64,000 bases of DNA, from positions 13,419,811 to 13,483,810 of the forward strand of contig JAHRHZ010000274.1 in the NCBI GenBank assembly GCA_024137785.1. Direction: 5' to 3'. Within the stretch, counting starts at the first letter, position 1; every line of letters starts with the position of its first letter. Below are positions 53,760 through 64,000 of the stretch, piece by piece. The notes under the pieces are model-generated. The model had not been told where the DNA came from. It did not search any database and saw only the letters and a list, made by a program, of their open reading frames with translations. The translations under genes were made by a program, and so were the position numbers. This DNA is from Ginglymostoma cirratum. Lineage: Eukaryota.

Positions 53760-54095
53760 TGGATAACTCAAGGCTCTATTCCTAGTCTGGGTTCCATTTG
53801 CAGATCCCACTGGATAATATAATAACGTGGAAAGTAAACCAATTTTCCTATTGCTGATTGCTAAGTAGCAATGCTTGCTGGAAAGTATTCATATGTGGCT
53901 GCATATGTACGTTACAGGAGGGCAAATTAAACATGGCTGGAACATCCTTAACAAATCTACAGCATCTGAATAGCCTCTAACAATTGTCATCTAAGAAGAA
54001 TAACTACTTGGCCATGACATCAATTGATACCAACTTCTAATAAATCTTCCGGAACAAGCAATGCTTCCAGATGGCAAAGAGAGAGGGAAAAAAAA
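53760..54095 (+). mobile_element. AmnSINE2-like SINE
   Basis: aaaccaattttcctattgctgattgctaag..cttgctggaaagtattcatatgtgg..gaatagcc..gaagaataactacttggcc..gagagggaaaaaaaa. Confidence 0.55.
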
Positions 54096-54400
54096 TGATA
54101 AAAATAGTTAAAAGCTGGTGTATCATCACTCTTACTTCAACTACACTCATTGAACCCAGGCCTTTCCTTTAATCGCTGAGACAAAATATATTAGTTCATG
54201 AATTGAAATTCTATCCTTCCAGTAATGAGTAATGTAAATCAATGATGAAATTTTTCAATGATTCTTCTGAGAAACAGTAACAGATACTGGAGAGGAATAT
54301 TAAAATTACCTAGAGTCCTGGCTTCATCAATCACAATCTTTTTTTGCATCCATTTACACAATTATTACTGTATCAGTGTGGCAAGAACTGTTCTATCACA

Positions 54401-54990
54401 GATAATAGGTACTGCAGATGCTGGAGAATCCGAGATAACAAGGTGTGGGGCTGGATGAACACAGCAAGCCAAGCAGCATCATAGGAGCAGGAAAGCTTGA
54501 CGTTTCGGGCCTAGACCCTTCATCAGAAATTTTCTGATGAAGGGNNNNNNNNNNNNNNNNNNNNNNNNNNNNNNNNNNNNNNNNNNNNNNNNNNNNNNNN
54601 NNNNNNNNNNNNNNNNNNNNNNNNNNNNNNNNNNNNNNNNNNNNNNNNNNNNNNNNNNNNNNNNNNNNNNNNNNNNNNNNNNNNNNNNNNNNNNNNNNNN
54701 NNNNNNNNNNNNNNNNNNNNNNNNNNNNNNNNNNNNNNNNNNNNNNNNNNNNNNNNNNNNNNNNNNNNNNNNNNNNNNNNNNNNNNNNNNNNNNNNNNNN
54801 NNNNNNNNNNNNNNNNNNNNNNNNNNNNNNNNNNNNNNNNNNNNNNNNNNNNNNNNNNNNNNNNNNNNNNNNNNNNNNNNNNNNNNNNNNNNNNNNNNNN
54901 NNNNNNNNNNNNNNNNNNNNNNNNNNNNNNNNNNNNNNNNNNNNCCTCTGATGCTGCCTGGGCTGCCGTGTTCCTCCAGCTCCACACTTT
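54401..54990. mobile_element. Penelope-derived fold-back element(s) spanning an assembly gap; intact minus-strand hammerhead core at 54499-54526
   Basis: Left arm ..gacgtttcgggcctagacccttcatcagaaattttctgatgaaggg then Ns; an inverted arm follows the gap. Confidence 0.85.
54545..54944. other. Assembly gap (400 N)
   Basis: Run of N. The ORFs 54479-55049 are artefacts of it. Confidence 1.
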
Positions 54991-56719
54991 GTTACATCTG
55001 CTTAAAATCAATGGTCATTTGCCTCATTTGTGAACTGATCAAAACTTGAAATTTTCAAATCTTTTCATGTTGGATCTATTCAATGTGTGAAGGTAGCTTT
55101 TATTAATATATTGCCACCCTGAGATTCCTGGCTTCTCCTTAACATTACACATTAACCCTGGCGCTAACCCTATTGCTGTAAATTTATACTCCCAATGCAA
55201 TGAGAGCAAACAATCTTTCTCCTGGTAATATAGATGGGAGCACCTAGCTTCTCAAAACTTTCCTGAAAACTTTGTTTCAAGCTATGATCTATGAGCACCC
55301 AGTCTCACATTGCTGCAAAATGGTTAAATTTAGTATGAGTTATATTCAGAGTAAAATTCTTCCACACCTGTCTGAGAAGTACCATGAACCCCAATCTCGG
55401 TTACAGAGTGTCTGATTTTACACTTTAAAGATCTTGGTTCAAGTTATATTATCGGAATTCATTGGAGATGAAGAGTGATGAATAATGTCCCAGCCTGACA
55501 CGCGAACCTTTTCAGATTTGATTGCTTTAGGAAGGTGCCATATAAAATAGCATCGTCTAGCCTGTGGCAACAAGATTGTAGATACCAAAAGACTCAACAC
55601 ATTGACAGTTGCAGGGAGATACAACTTAAAAATGCATAACAAGGTGATGATAGGTCATCAGATTATGCAAGTGGCATGTCTTCACCCCCAGTTCGTTTTG
55701 GAAACCAAGTTTGTTTTGATGCTGGTTCTATTATATGACAAACTGTCAATTATTTTGTACATAAATATATGTAACTTCCTCTTGAGTTACTTCCATGGGT
55801 GTAGCAACTTAAGCTCCTGCAGCCCTCATGTTTTCAATAGTAAGATATCAGCTGGTAGATAATTGTCCTTTACAGCTAAGATAAAATGTTCTGACGATTT
55901 TTTTCACTTAATGACACATTGAAATTATCAAATACTTCTTCTTGCAAATCGATTGCGCTCTTTGTAAAAGTGATTATCTGATTTTAACATTTCACATTGA
56001 GTCTGACACCATCCTGACTGGTGCAACCATAGCAACTGATGCCTCTGATCATCTTTGCTATGGTTGTGCATTGCAGTTGTTTAAATCCAAAAAAAAACTT
56101 CAATCATGTGAATTCTGACTTTGAATCCGAGGTGGCTATTGAACCACTGGACTGGAGGTTTGCTTTGGTTAGAAGATGGGCAGCTGGGAAAATTCATGCA
56201 GCAGTGTTGCCTGACATGTTACCTCAGTGGGATGTTTCTGGAGGTCAATTCTCAGTGAGGATGGTTTCCTGCCCAGTGGTGCTAGGCAGGCCATTTGGGG
56301 ACAGGCTAAGGAGGTTGCCTAGATTTTCATGACCAATAGCTATTCTGCTGGGGTACCAGTAAGTGGTTGACATCAATCACAACAATTAAGACCAGTAGAT
56401 CATCAAGGAGCCCATGTAAACTGCAACTACAGGCTGCCCTATCGTGGTGCTCCAAAATATCAGACACCAACCACTTCCTTTCCCCATGAATGAGCTGCAT
56501 AAATGCAAATGTTGGAGCCTAATCCACTCAATCCTTCATTCTGGGAAACTTCCATCAGTACCTTTGCATACCCTACTTGCTACTGTCATGGTGTTTGGAT
56601 CAAATGATCTGTTTCTGTTGCTCTACTGTATAATCCAATGATATTTCACATGTAAAAACTGTAGTTTCTCTCAGTAGCTCAGAAATATCAGACAGAGCAT
56701 GTGTGGCAGCTTTAAGGAG

Positions 56720-57090
56720 CAGAAACTTTCTGGTGTTAGCCCTTGATCTGTATTGAGCTCCTCCATCTCAACAGGTAACTGTAAGGTAGCTACAACTGTC
56801 CTCCTCATTGCTGGATTATACAGGACAAGATCAGCTAAGGTTGTATTTCTAATCTAGAGGCCTCTGCTGGGAGTGCAATATATGGATGCCTGGTGAAGTC
56901 GGATTTGTGTGGGCTGCTCCTGTCATCAAATAGGCTGTCAGCATTCACGATCAATGTTTCCACATGCCTAATGTCCATTCAGCCCAGGCAACAGTGGCTG
57001 GCTGATATCCATCGTAACCACAGTGAGCTGTGCTTCATCAAGGAGTCATTGTTAACTGCCACTAGGGTGGCCAGTGATGGAGAATGAAAT
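56720..57090 (+). mobile_element. AmnSINE2-like SINE
   Basis: gatcagctaaggttg..cctctgctgggagtgcaatatatggatgcctggtgaagtcggattt..aaataggctgtcagcattcac. Confidence 0.6.
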
Positions 57091-57125
57091 ATCAAATACC
57101 AATCACATCCTTGTCCATCTACTAG

Positions 57126-57494
57126 AGGGAGATGGGGGCATAGCAGTAATACCACAGGACTAGCAATTGGGAAATTCAGACTAACATTCTGTGGACATGG
57201 GCTAAAGCCCTACCATGCCATTTAAATTCAATAAATAAAATCTGAAATTAAAAGCTTGTCTCAGTAATGGTGACCATTAAACTGTCATTGATTAATGTAG
57301 TAACCTACGTGATTCACTAATGCCTTTTTAGAAAAAGAAATCTATTGCTTTTACCTAGTGTGGCTGACATAGATACCTTCAAATCCAAAGCAATGTTGTT
57401 CACTCTTCATTGTTCTCTGAAATTGCCTGGGAAGCCATTCAATTTAAGGGCAATTAGAGATGAACAATCAATGTTGGCCTTGCCAGCAATGCCA
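57126..57494 (+). mobile_element. tRNA-derived SINE with LINE-type tail, near full length
   Basis: gggagatgggggcatagcagtaataccacaggactag head; tail agggcaattagagatgaacaatcaatgttggccttgccagc. Homologous to 4470-4806. Confidence 0.8.
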
Positions 57495-58949
57495 GAAAAC
57501 AAAAGTGAAACTTGGAAATAATGGTGTTGGTCGAAACTAAACATCCACATTAAGGGATGCAAGATAACGTCAAATCAATTCTGTAATTTCTACATTACAG
57601 TGGCTTTTCCAAAAGAATAAGTCATTTTTTTAAAGCTTCCACCTATGCGCACATGCAAAAAAATAGCTACGAGGCCAACGTCGAATTACTTTCCCTGGGC
57701 ACCCACTAACCTGGAAATGAATTGAAATAAATAACTAATACAAAAACAGGAGCTGGGAATCTGAAATAAGAACAATAAAAAAAAAGACTCAGCAGGTCAG
57801 ACAGTGTCAGTGACTTTTTACCTGATGTTTGCCCAGAAAGAGAAAACAATAAAATCAGAAAATGACACATATTAGTCCGACTCATCTTGTCTATTTCAAG
57901 AGGAGGTGCAGTTCATCTAATATTTTCCTTCCCAAATATTAATATCTTTTTACTGGTATTTCCCACTGTATTGCGTAATATTCTTGTTCTTGTTGTATTG
58001 CCAAAGAATGTTTACAGAATCTGCTGAGGAATGAAGGAAACGTTAACTTTATTTCAGAAATATCTTACTGTGGATTCATCTTGCCACAGGGATGCAAGAG
58101 AGAGTGAAATCATATGATATTGCATTGCTTCCTAAGGTGATGTATTCCATGTCTCCTTTTATAATACAATTGGACTTAACCCCTCAAACTATAATTTGGA
58201 GTGATTTTACAGAATAGGAACAATTTGTTAAGTTTGCAATGTTTGCTTTGGAGCCACTGTTGATGCCGAGGCAAGATCCTGGTTGTTTTTAGGAAATGTG
58301 TTCTGTGATTTTGGTCACAATTCTCAGAGGACTGGATAGTCACATGTTTATCCCTGCAGACTTTATAATGGATAACAGGATTTGTTATTAATAATATATG
58401 TTTCACCCAATGATTTTTTTTTTCCTTTTTTACATGGAACATTGTGTCACTCCTGGTGATATTTTAGGATATCAACTACTTGGATACTTTAAAGCTGAGA
58501 ATTGTTGTAACATCAAATTAAATTGCAACTACTGTCTGATTCAGCGTTAACCAGAACAATATCATAGGCTAAACTTATGCTGAAAGCTTCACAGACACGT
58601 CCATCTACTAACGGCCAAGAACCATTTTCCATACTACATGAAAAATGGTGTGCTGGATCTCACAGCTGCCATCTTTCAGTCATTAAATTTGAAACAATTT
58701 GATTGAAGAGGCAAATTTATCTTTTTGGAAATAATTGCCTGAGAGGTTATAGTAGAAACAAATTCACTTCCATTCAATGAGATTTAACCCCCACCACATG
58801 CTCCTGTGCAAGGTGGGAATGGTGCAGTTGAGAATGAGGAGGGAATGAAGGGTGAGAGTGAGTTGAGAGTGAGTAGGGAATTTTGCACCATTCCTACAGT
58901 GTTCCAGAGACACCATTTTAACCTATCTAAGAGAACTGTATACTCTGCA

Positions 58950-59168
58950 GAGATAGTAGGAACTGCAGATGCTGGAGAGTCTGAGATAACAACGTGTAGA
59001 GCTGGATGAACACCACAGGCCAAGCAGCATCAGAGAAGCAGGAAAGCTGACGTTTTGGGCCTAGACCCTTCTAATGAAGAAGGGTCTTGGCCCGAAATGT
59101 CAGCTTTCCTGCTCCTCTGATGCTGCTTGGCCTGCTGTGTTCATCCAGCTCTATATCTTGTTATCTCT
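58950..59168. mobile_element. Penelope-derived fold-back element with perfect 13-bp TSD
   Basis: About 90-bp inverted arms around cccttc-taatgaa-gaaggg. TSD tgtatactctgca at 58937-58949 and 59169-59181. Confidence 0.92.
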
Positions 59169-60250
59169 TGTATACTCTGCAATTTGGTTTTACTTTACAT
59201 GGAAATGATAGTATTGTAATGTCTGAAGTTCTGGGGCACACCAGTGGCTGAACCCTGGCAAAGTCATGGAGTGGCCAGTCGAGGTCAAGGTATGTTTAAA
59301 AAAGTAATTTGCAGAATTATTCTGAGCTAGGAAGAGCAGGGATGCTTCCCAGGGCTTCACAATGAGCCTATGAACATTTCAGCCCACCTTGCCTCTACTC
59401 TGTGTTAAAGTTAACTGCCAAATGCCCTTTGCAGCATTAACAATAAACATGCAGAGATCATTTCCATCCATTCTTACAGGTTCTCAACACTCAACCAAAG
59501 ATATCACTTTGGTTTAAATTTTGTTTGCAGGTTCCTATTGAATTCCTAGGAGGAGAAAAGAACAGTACAACTTCGAAATAATCAAAGTGTTCTTCCTTGA
59601 CTTGTATACCCATAAAGGGAGCTCCAGTTTGGACCAGTACACACACTTCTGAGCTAGTTTTCTTTCATGCATTTTCAATTAGCCTTAAATCTTTGTTAAA
59701 ATGGGAAACAATCTTTCAATACAGAGCCTAGGTTATTCAAATCAAGATAGAATATTTAGTTTTTCTGTAGCTAACAATGCACATCTGAAAACAGACTCAG
59801 AATCTGTGGTACCAAACATGCAGGTGATCTATAGAACAAAAGCTTGGGATGCCAGTCAAAAAGTATGAAAGCAAGGTTTCTGTCTTCCCTTTTAGTCAGA
59901 GAATTAAGGTTTAAATTTGCAGATTTTTCTGAACAGGCAATGTTTGGATTAATTGGACCCTGAAAACTGACAGAATAACGTGTGCAAAGTTAGAGAAAGG
60001 ACAATCTCAGTGCAGTGTGGCATGTTTAAGAGCAACTGGCAAAGCCCACATTGTGACTTCACTGTGTAAAGTATGGAATTAGGAAACACTGTAAATTATA
60101 TAAGAAATGAAGAAAATGCAACACATACTGTTGCAAAATTGTTTTGATCATGAATGTAAAAGTACATAGAATCATCACCACGCAACAATATGAGATTATC
60201 AGATGTGGGGAGAAAAAAATAATACAACGCATTTTCTCTTGCATTTGCAG

Positions 60251-60354
60251 GTATAATGGAAATCAGGTCAGTTAATGTTGGAGTAGTCGCAATCAAAGCG
60301 GTCAACACTGGCTTTTATTTAGCCATGAACAAGAAGGGAAAGCTATACGGCACG
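60251..60354 (+). CDS. fgf22: Internal (second coding) exon of an FGF7-subfamily fibroblast growth factor, most likely FGF22
   Basis: Acceptor cattttctcttgcatttgcag| and donor ACG|gtaagg bound exactly 104 bp (phase 1 to phase 0), the canonical size of the middle FGF exon. It translates to (x)[43 protein letters not shown] and TGFY match FGF22 better than FGF10 (EITSVEIG, SNYY) or FGF7 (EIRTVAVGIV, SEFY). The exon call is very secure; the paralog assignment is about 0.75. Confidence 0.93.
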
Positions 60355-61339
60355 GTAAGGTTATACATTTAATACAATTTCACATCTTATTTAAAAGGCT
60401 AAATCCTACAATTTCTCTTTAGAAACATCAGATTTAACATAACAGCTACTTAGGCCCAACCACTGAGTAGTGAGCTGGTGGTGATCCTGCCAAGGGCACT
60501 TCTAACAGATCTGATGTGATTTAAATTGTAATTTGGCAATCTGTTGCCTGGTGTCGGGTTCACAAAGCTTTCAAGAAAATCGTCCCATCCCTGAGAACTT
60601 CCGGTCAATCAGCGATGGGCAGCTCTTCAGACCCAGCAGCACCACCAGGAACAGAGGACACTGTTGATACTGCAGTATACTCCAGGTGGAGGAACATCAT
60701 TGAAGTTTCTAGAGCTTGAATAAATGAAGGACTTTTGTTCAGGGTCAGACTGGCAATCCAATGCTCAATGGTGGCATTGTGGTATGCAGTTGGGAGAGAA
60801 TTGGTTTGGAAGTCCACTGCATTGATTCCAAACTCCTTGAAATTTCATGGCATCATTTCAAGCATGTACAATGAAACCTCCTGTCAACTACCACCCAATG
60901 ATGAATCAGTGCTCCTCCATATTGAACACCGGTTTTTGTTTGGCAGAACCCCCACTGTTAGAAATGGCTAAGTCTTCAAGGACATATTTGGAAATCTAGG
61001 TGTTTGGCAGGTGGTGGGACAACCACCAAGAAACATAAAACCTACCCAAATACAGCCTCACCAATCTGTCACAGATTCACCCATTCAAGACAGCATCAGT
61101 AGGAATGACCACTGCACAGTCAATGTGGAAACACTGAGAATATCCTCCATTGTGTTGCATGGCACAACCACCAAGCTAAATAGGATAGATCTCAAACAAA
61201 TCTAGCAGCCAAATCAAACTGGACATCAATAAGGCACTGTAGATTTTCAGCAGCATCAGAATTGTACTCAAGCACAATGTATAAATACATGGCCCGGCAT
61301 AACCCCTTACTAAACAATTAACATCAAGCCAGGAGATCA

Positions 61340-61415
61340 AAAATAAAACAGAAATTGCTAGAAAAACTCAGCAGGTCTGGCATCTCTGGAGAGGAAGCAG
61401 AGTTAACACTTGGGG
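61340..61415 (-). mobile_element. Penelope-derived terminal-repeat fragment nested in the LINE
   Basis: aaacagaaattgctagaaaaactcagcaggtctggcatctctggagaggaagcagagttaacac; same family as 38031 and 19255. Confidence 0.75.
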
Positions 61416-61629
61416 TCTAGTGACATTTCTTTGGAACCGGCGGGTAAATCTTGGTTCAAGGAAGGCATTCCCGGAACAGCAGCAGGCATACCTAAAATTG
61501 AGGTGTATCAACCCGGTGAAGCTACAGCACCTGGCATCTTGCATACCAAACTACATAATTAACATGCAATATAGAGGACAAAGTGATCCCATAACCACCA
61601 GATTGCAGCTCTGTGATCCTGCCACATTG

Positions 61630-62445
61630 AAAAATGGCAGATGAAGTTCAATCTGGATAAATGGGAGGTATTGCATTTTGGTGCAACAAACAAGGTTAGG
61701 ACTTACACAATTAATGGTAGGGTCTTGGGTAGTGTTGTAGAACAGAGGGACCTTGAGGTGTATGTACATAATTCTTTGGAGTTTGCATCATGTATAGACA
61801 GAGTGGTTAAAAAGATGTTCGGCACCCTTGCCTTCATTGCTCAGTCCTTTGAGTATAGGAGTTGGGAAGTCATGTTGAGGTTGTACAGGCCATTGGCGAG
61901 GCCTCTTCTGGAAAACTGTGTCCAGTTCTGGTCTCCCAGTTATAGGAAGGATATTATCAAGCTAGAGAGGGTTCAGAAGAGATTTACCAGGATGTTGCCG
62001 GGTACAGAATGTTTGAGTTATAAAGAAACGCTGGATATGCTGGGACTTTTTCCACTGGAGCCTAGGAGGTTAAGAGGCAAACTGATAGAAATTTATAAAA
62101 TAATGAAAGGTATAGATAGAGGTAATGGTAGTTGTCTTTTCCCTAAGATGAAGGATTTCAAGACTAGGGGTCACATTTTTAAGGTGAGAGGAGAGAGACT
62201 GAAAAAAGACATAAGAGGTAAATTTTTTACACAGAGGGTGGTTTGTGTGTGGAATGAGATTCCTGATGAAGTGATGGATGCGGGTACAATTACTACAAAG
62301 ACATTTGAAAAAGTACATGAATAGGAAATGTTTACAGGGATATGGGCCAGGAGCAGGCTAGTGGGACTAGTTTAGTTTGGGATTATGTTCTGCATGGTCT
62401 GGTGGGACTGAAGGGTCAGTTTCTGTGCTATATGACTCTATGAGT
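61630..62445 (+). mobile_element. Young 5'-truncated CR1 LINE with an open ORF2 C-terminus (227 aa, 61641..62324)
   Basis: MKFNLDKWEVLHFG..EQRDLEV..CVQFWSPSYRKDIIKLERVQKRFTRMLPG..RGHIFKVRGE..FFTQRVVCVWNEIP; tail tatgactctatgagtc. The host LINE reads ..ctgccacat | ctaatcatgaatgg across it. Confidence 0.95.
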
Positions 62446-64000
62446 CAATGATTCCATCTAATCATGAATGGTGTTGGATAATTAAATAATTAATAGGACA
62501 CCTCCTCCAATACTCCCATTTTGGGATCACTCAACAATGGGGAGTACAGTACATCAGGGTGAGACATTTTCGTCCATCTTCAGACAGATATACTGATTGT
62601 ATCATCTGTCACAGTTCTACAGCTGCCATTTCTCAGCTAATTTTGGTTCACTCCATGGGATATCAAAAGCAGCTGAACACAACACTTCAGCCACAGTAAT
62701 GAAGGCTGTGCTCCAGAATTAACCCCATTTTTATCCAGGAAGTTCCAGTGCAGTTACCGCACTGGCAATAGTATTTAAAATTCCCCAGGTATGCCTTGTG
62801 CACAAAGAATAGGACAAATCAAACTAAGACAATTGTTGCTTTCGCAGACTTCTATTAATCATCAGCAAAGTGGCAGAAGTGGTCATCGATAGTGCTCTCA
62901 AGTGTTACTTGTTTAGCAATAACCTGCTCACTTTCAGTTGGGTTTCACCAGGACCCCCTCAGCTGTGGACTCCTATCATAGTCTTCATCCAAACATGGAC
63001 AAAATATTTGATCTCCTGAGATGAGGGGAGAATAATTGCCCTTGACATCGAGGCAGCTTTTGGATGAGCCTGACATCTAGGAGCTCTAGCATTACTGGAG
63101 CCAATGAGAATCAGGGCGATAGCTCTCCATTGATTGGAGTATTACCTGACACAAATGAAGGTAGTTGGAGTAGTTGAACGTCCAACATCTCAGCTCCAGG
63201 ACATTATTGCAGGAACTCCTCAGCGTAGTATCCTTGGCTAACCCATCTCTTGCTGATTCATTAATGAACTTCTTTTCAACATAAGGTCAGGAGAGGATGT
63301 TCACTCTTGATTGAACGATGTTCAGCAACATCTGTGAGTTCTCAGGTACTGACTCTAACCATTAACCCTTACAAGCAATTAGATTTCTATTGCTGAATTC
63401 CCCACTATCGATATCCTGGGTTACTACTGACCAGAGACTGAATTGGGCCAGCGATATAAATACTTTGTCTACAACAGTTGATCAGCGGCTAAGAATTCTG
63501 TGGTGACTATCCCTCCAATGCCTGTCTACAAGACACAAATCAGAACGCTTTGGAATACACACTCCAATGAGTGGATGGTACCATTCCAACAACACTTCAC
63601 AAGGTCAAGACTATCCAGTACTACTCAACCTGCTTGATTGTCATCCCATCCACCACCTTCAACATTCAGTCCCTTCACCACCAATGCTCGATAGCAGCAG
63701 TGTGTACCATCTACAAGATGCAATGCAGCATCTCACTAAGGCTCCTCTGACAGCACCTTGCAAACTCCCAACCTCTACCACCTAGACAGACAAGGGCAGC
63801 AGATATATGGGAACACTGTGAGCTGCAGGTTCCCCTGCAAACGACACATCGTCCTGACTATAACTACATCATCATTTCTTCACTGGTGCTGGGTGAAAAT
63901 CCCAAAACTCCCTTCCTAACAGTATTGTGAGTGAACCTATACCTCATGGGGTGCAGCAGTTCAAGAAGGCAACTCATTGCCACCTTCTCCAGGGCACTTA

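Larger units (their letters stand above)
60490..64000 (+). mobile_element. Long decayed CR1/L2-group LINE (endonuclease to 3' region) with nested insertions
   Basis: ggtaggaatgaccac-like EN motif near 61100, cagttgggtttcaccagg (QFGF-like), gcccttgacatcgaggcagctttt (ALDI.AAF), ggaactcctcagcgtagtatccttgg (GVPQGS-like), and a 3' region matching 10370-11135. Interrupted at 61340-61415 and 61630-62445. Confidence 0.85.

Noticed and set aside
54479-55049. Three long ORFs of 162-170 aa
   Set aside because: Artefacts of translating through 400 Ns.
60059-60308. Minus-strand ORFs at and beside the FGF exon
   Set aside because: One is an antisense shadow of the real + strand exon and the other lies in flanking intron.
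61641-62324. 227-aa ORF as a host gene
   Set aside because: It is the C-terminus of CR1 ORF2 in a 5'-truncated copy that lacks the RT catalytic core.
1-64000. CRISPR arrays, operons, rRNA or bona fide tRNA genes
   Set aside because: Eukaryotic intron-like DNA. No regularly spaced repeats were seen, and the tRNA-like segments are SINE heads without a full cloverleaf.

Overview
AT-rich (roughly 38-40% GC by eye), CpG-depleted vertebrate genomic DNA. The repeat content (CR1 and L2-group LINEs, Deu-domain SINEs, AmnSINE2-like SINEs, Penelope-derived terminal repeats) points to a cartilaginous fish, probably a shark (inference). The only host coding sequence I can support is one 104-bp internal exon on the + strand (60251-60354) of an FGF7-subfamily gene, best matching FGF22. 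No upstream FGF exon is recognisable, so about 60 kb of the window is probably one giant intron. The most interesting structures are: (i) a family of short Penelope-like non-autonomous insertions that carry a minimal hammerhead-ribozyme core (CTGATGA-A-GGGTCTAGGCCC-GAAACGTC), are often arranged as fold-back hairpins, and are flanked by 12-15-bp target-site duplications; (ii) a 1.7-kb unit (12900-14596) bounded by ~320-bp inverted arms whose identity falls from ~98% at the outer ends to ~86% inside; (iii) a few CpG-retaining, compositionally odd segments, several enhancer-like motif clusters and one 136-aa orphan ORF. A 400-N assembly gap sits inside one of the hairpins. Repeat boundaries are approximate and family names come from recalled consensus sequences, not from a search.
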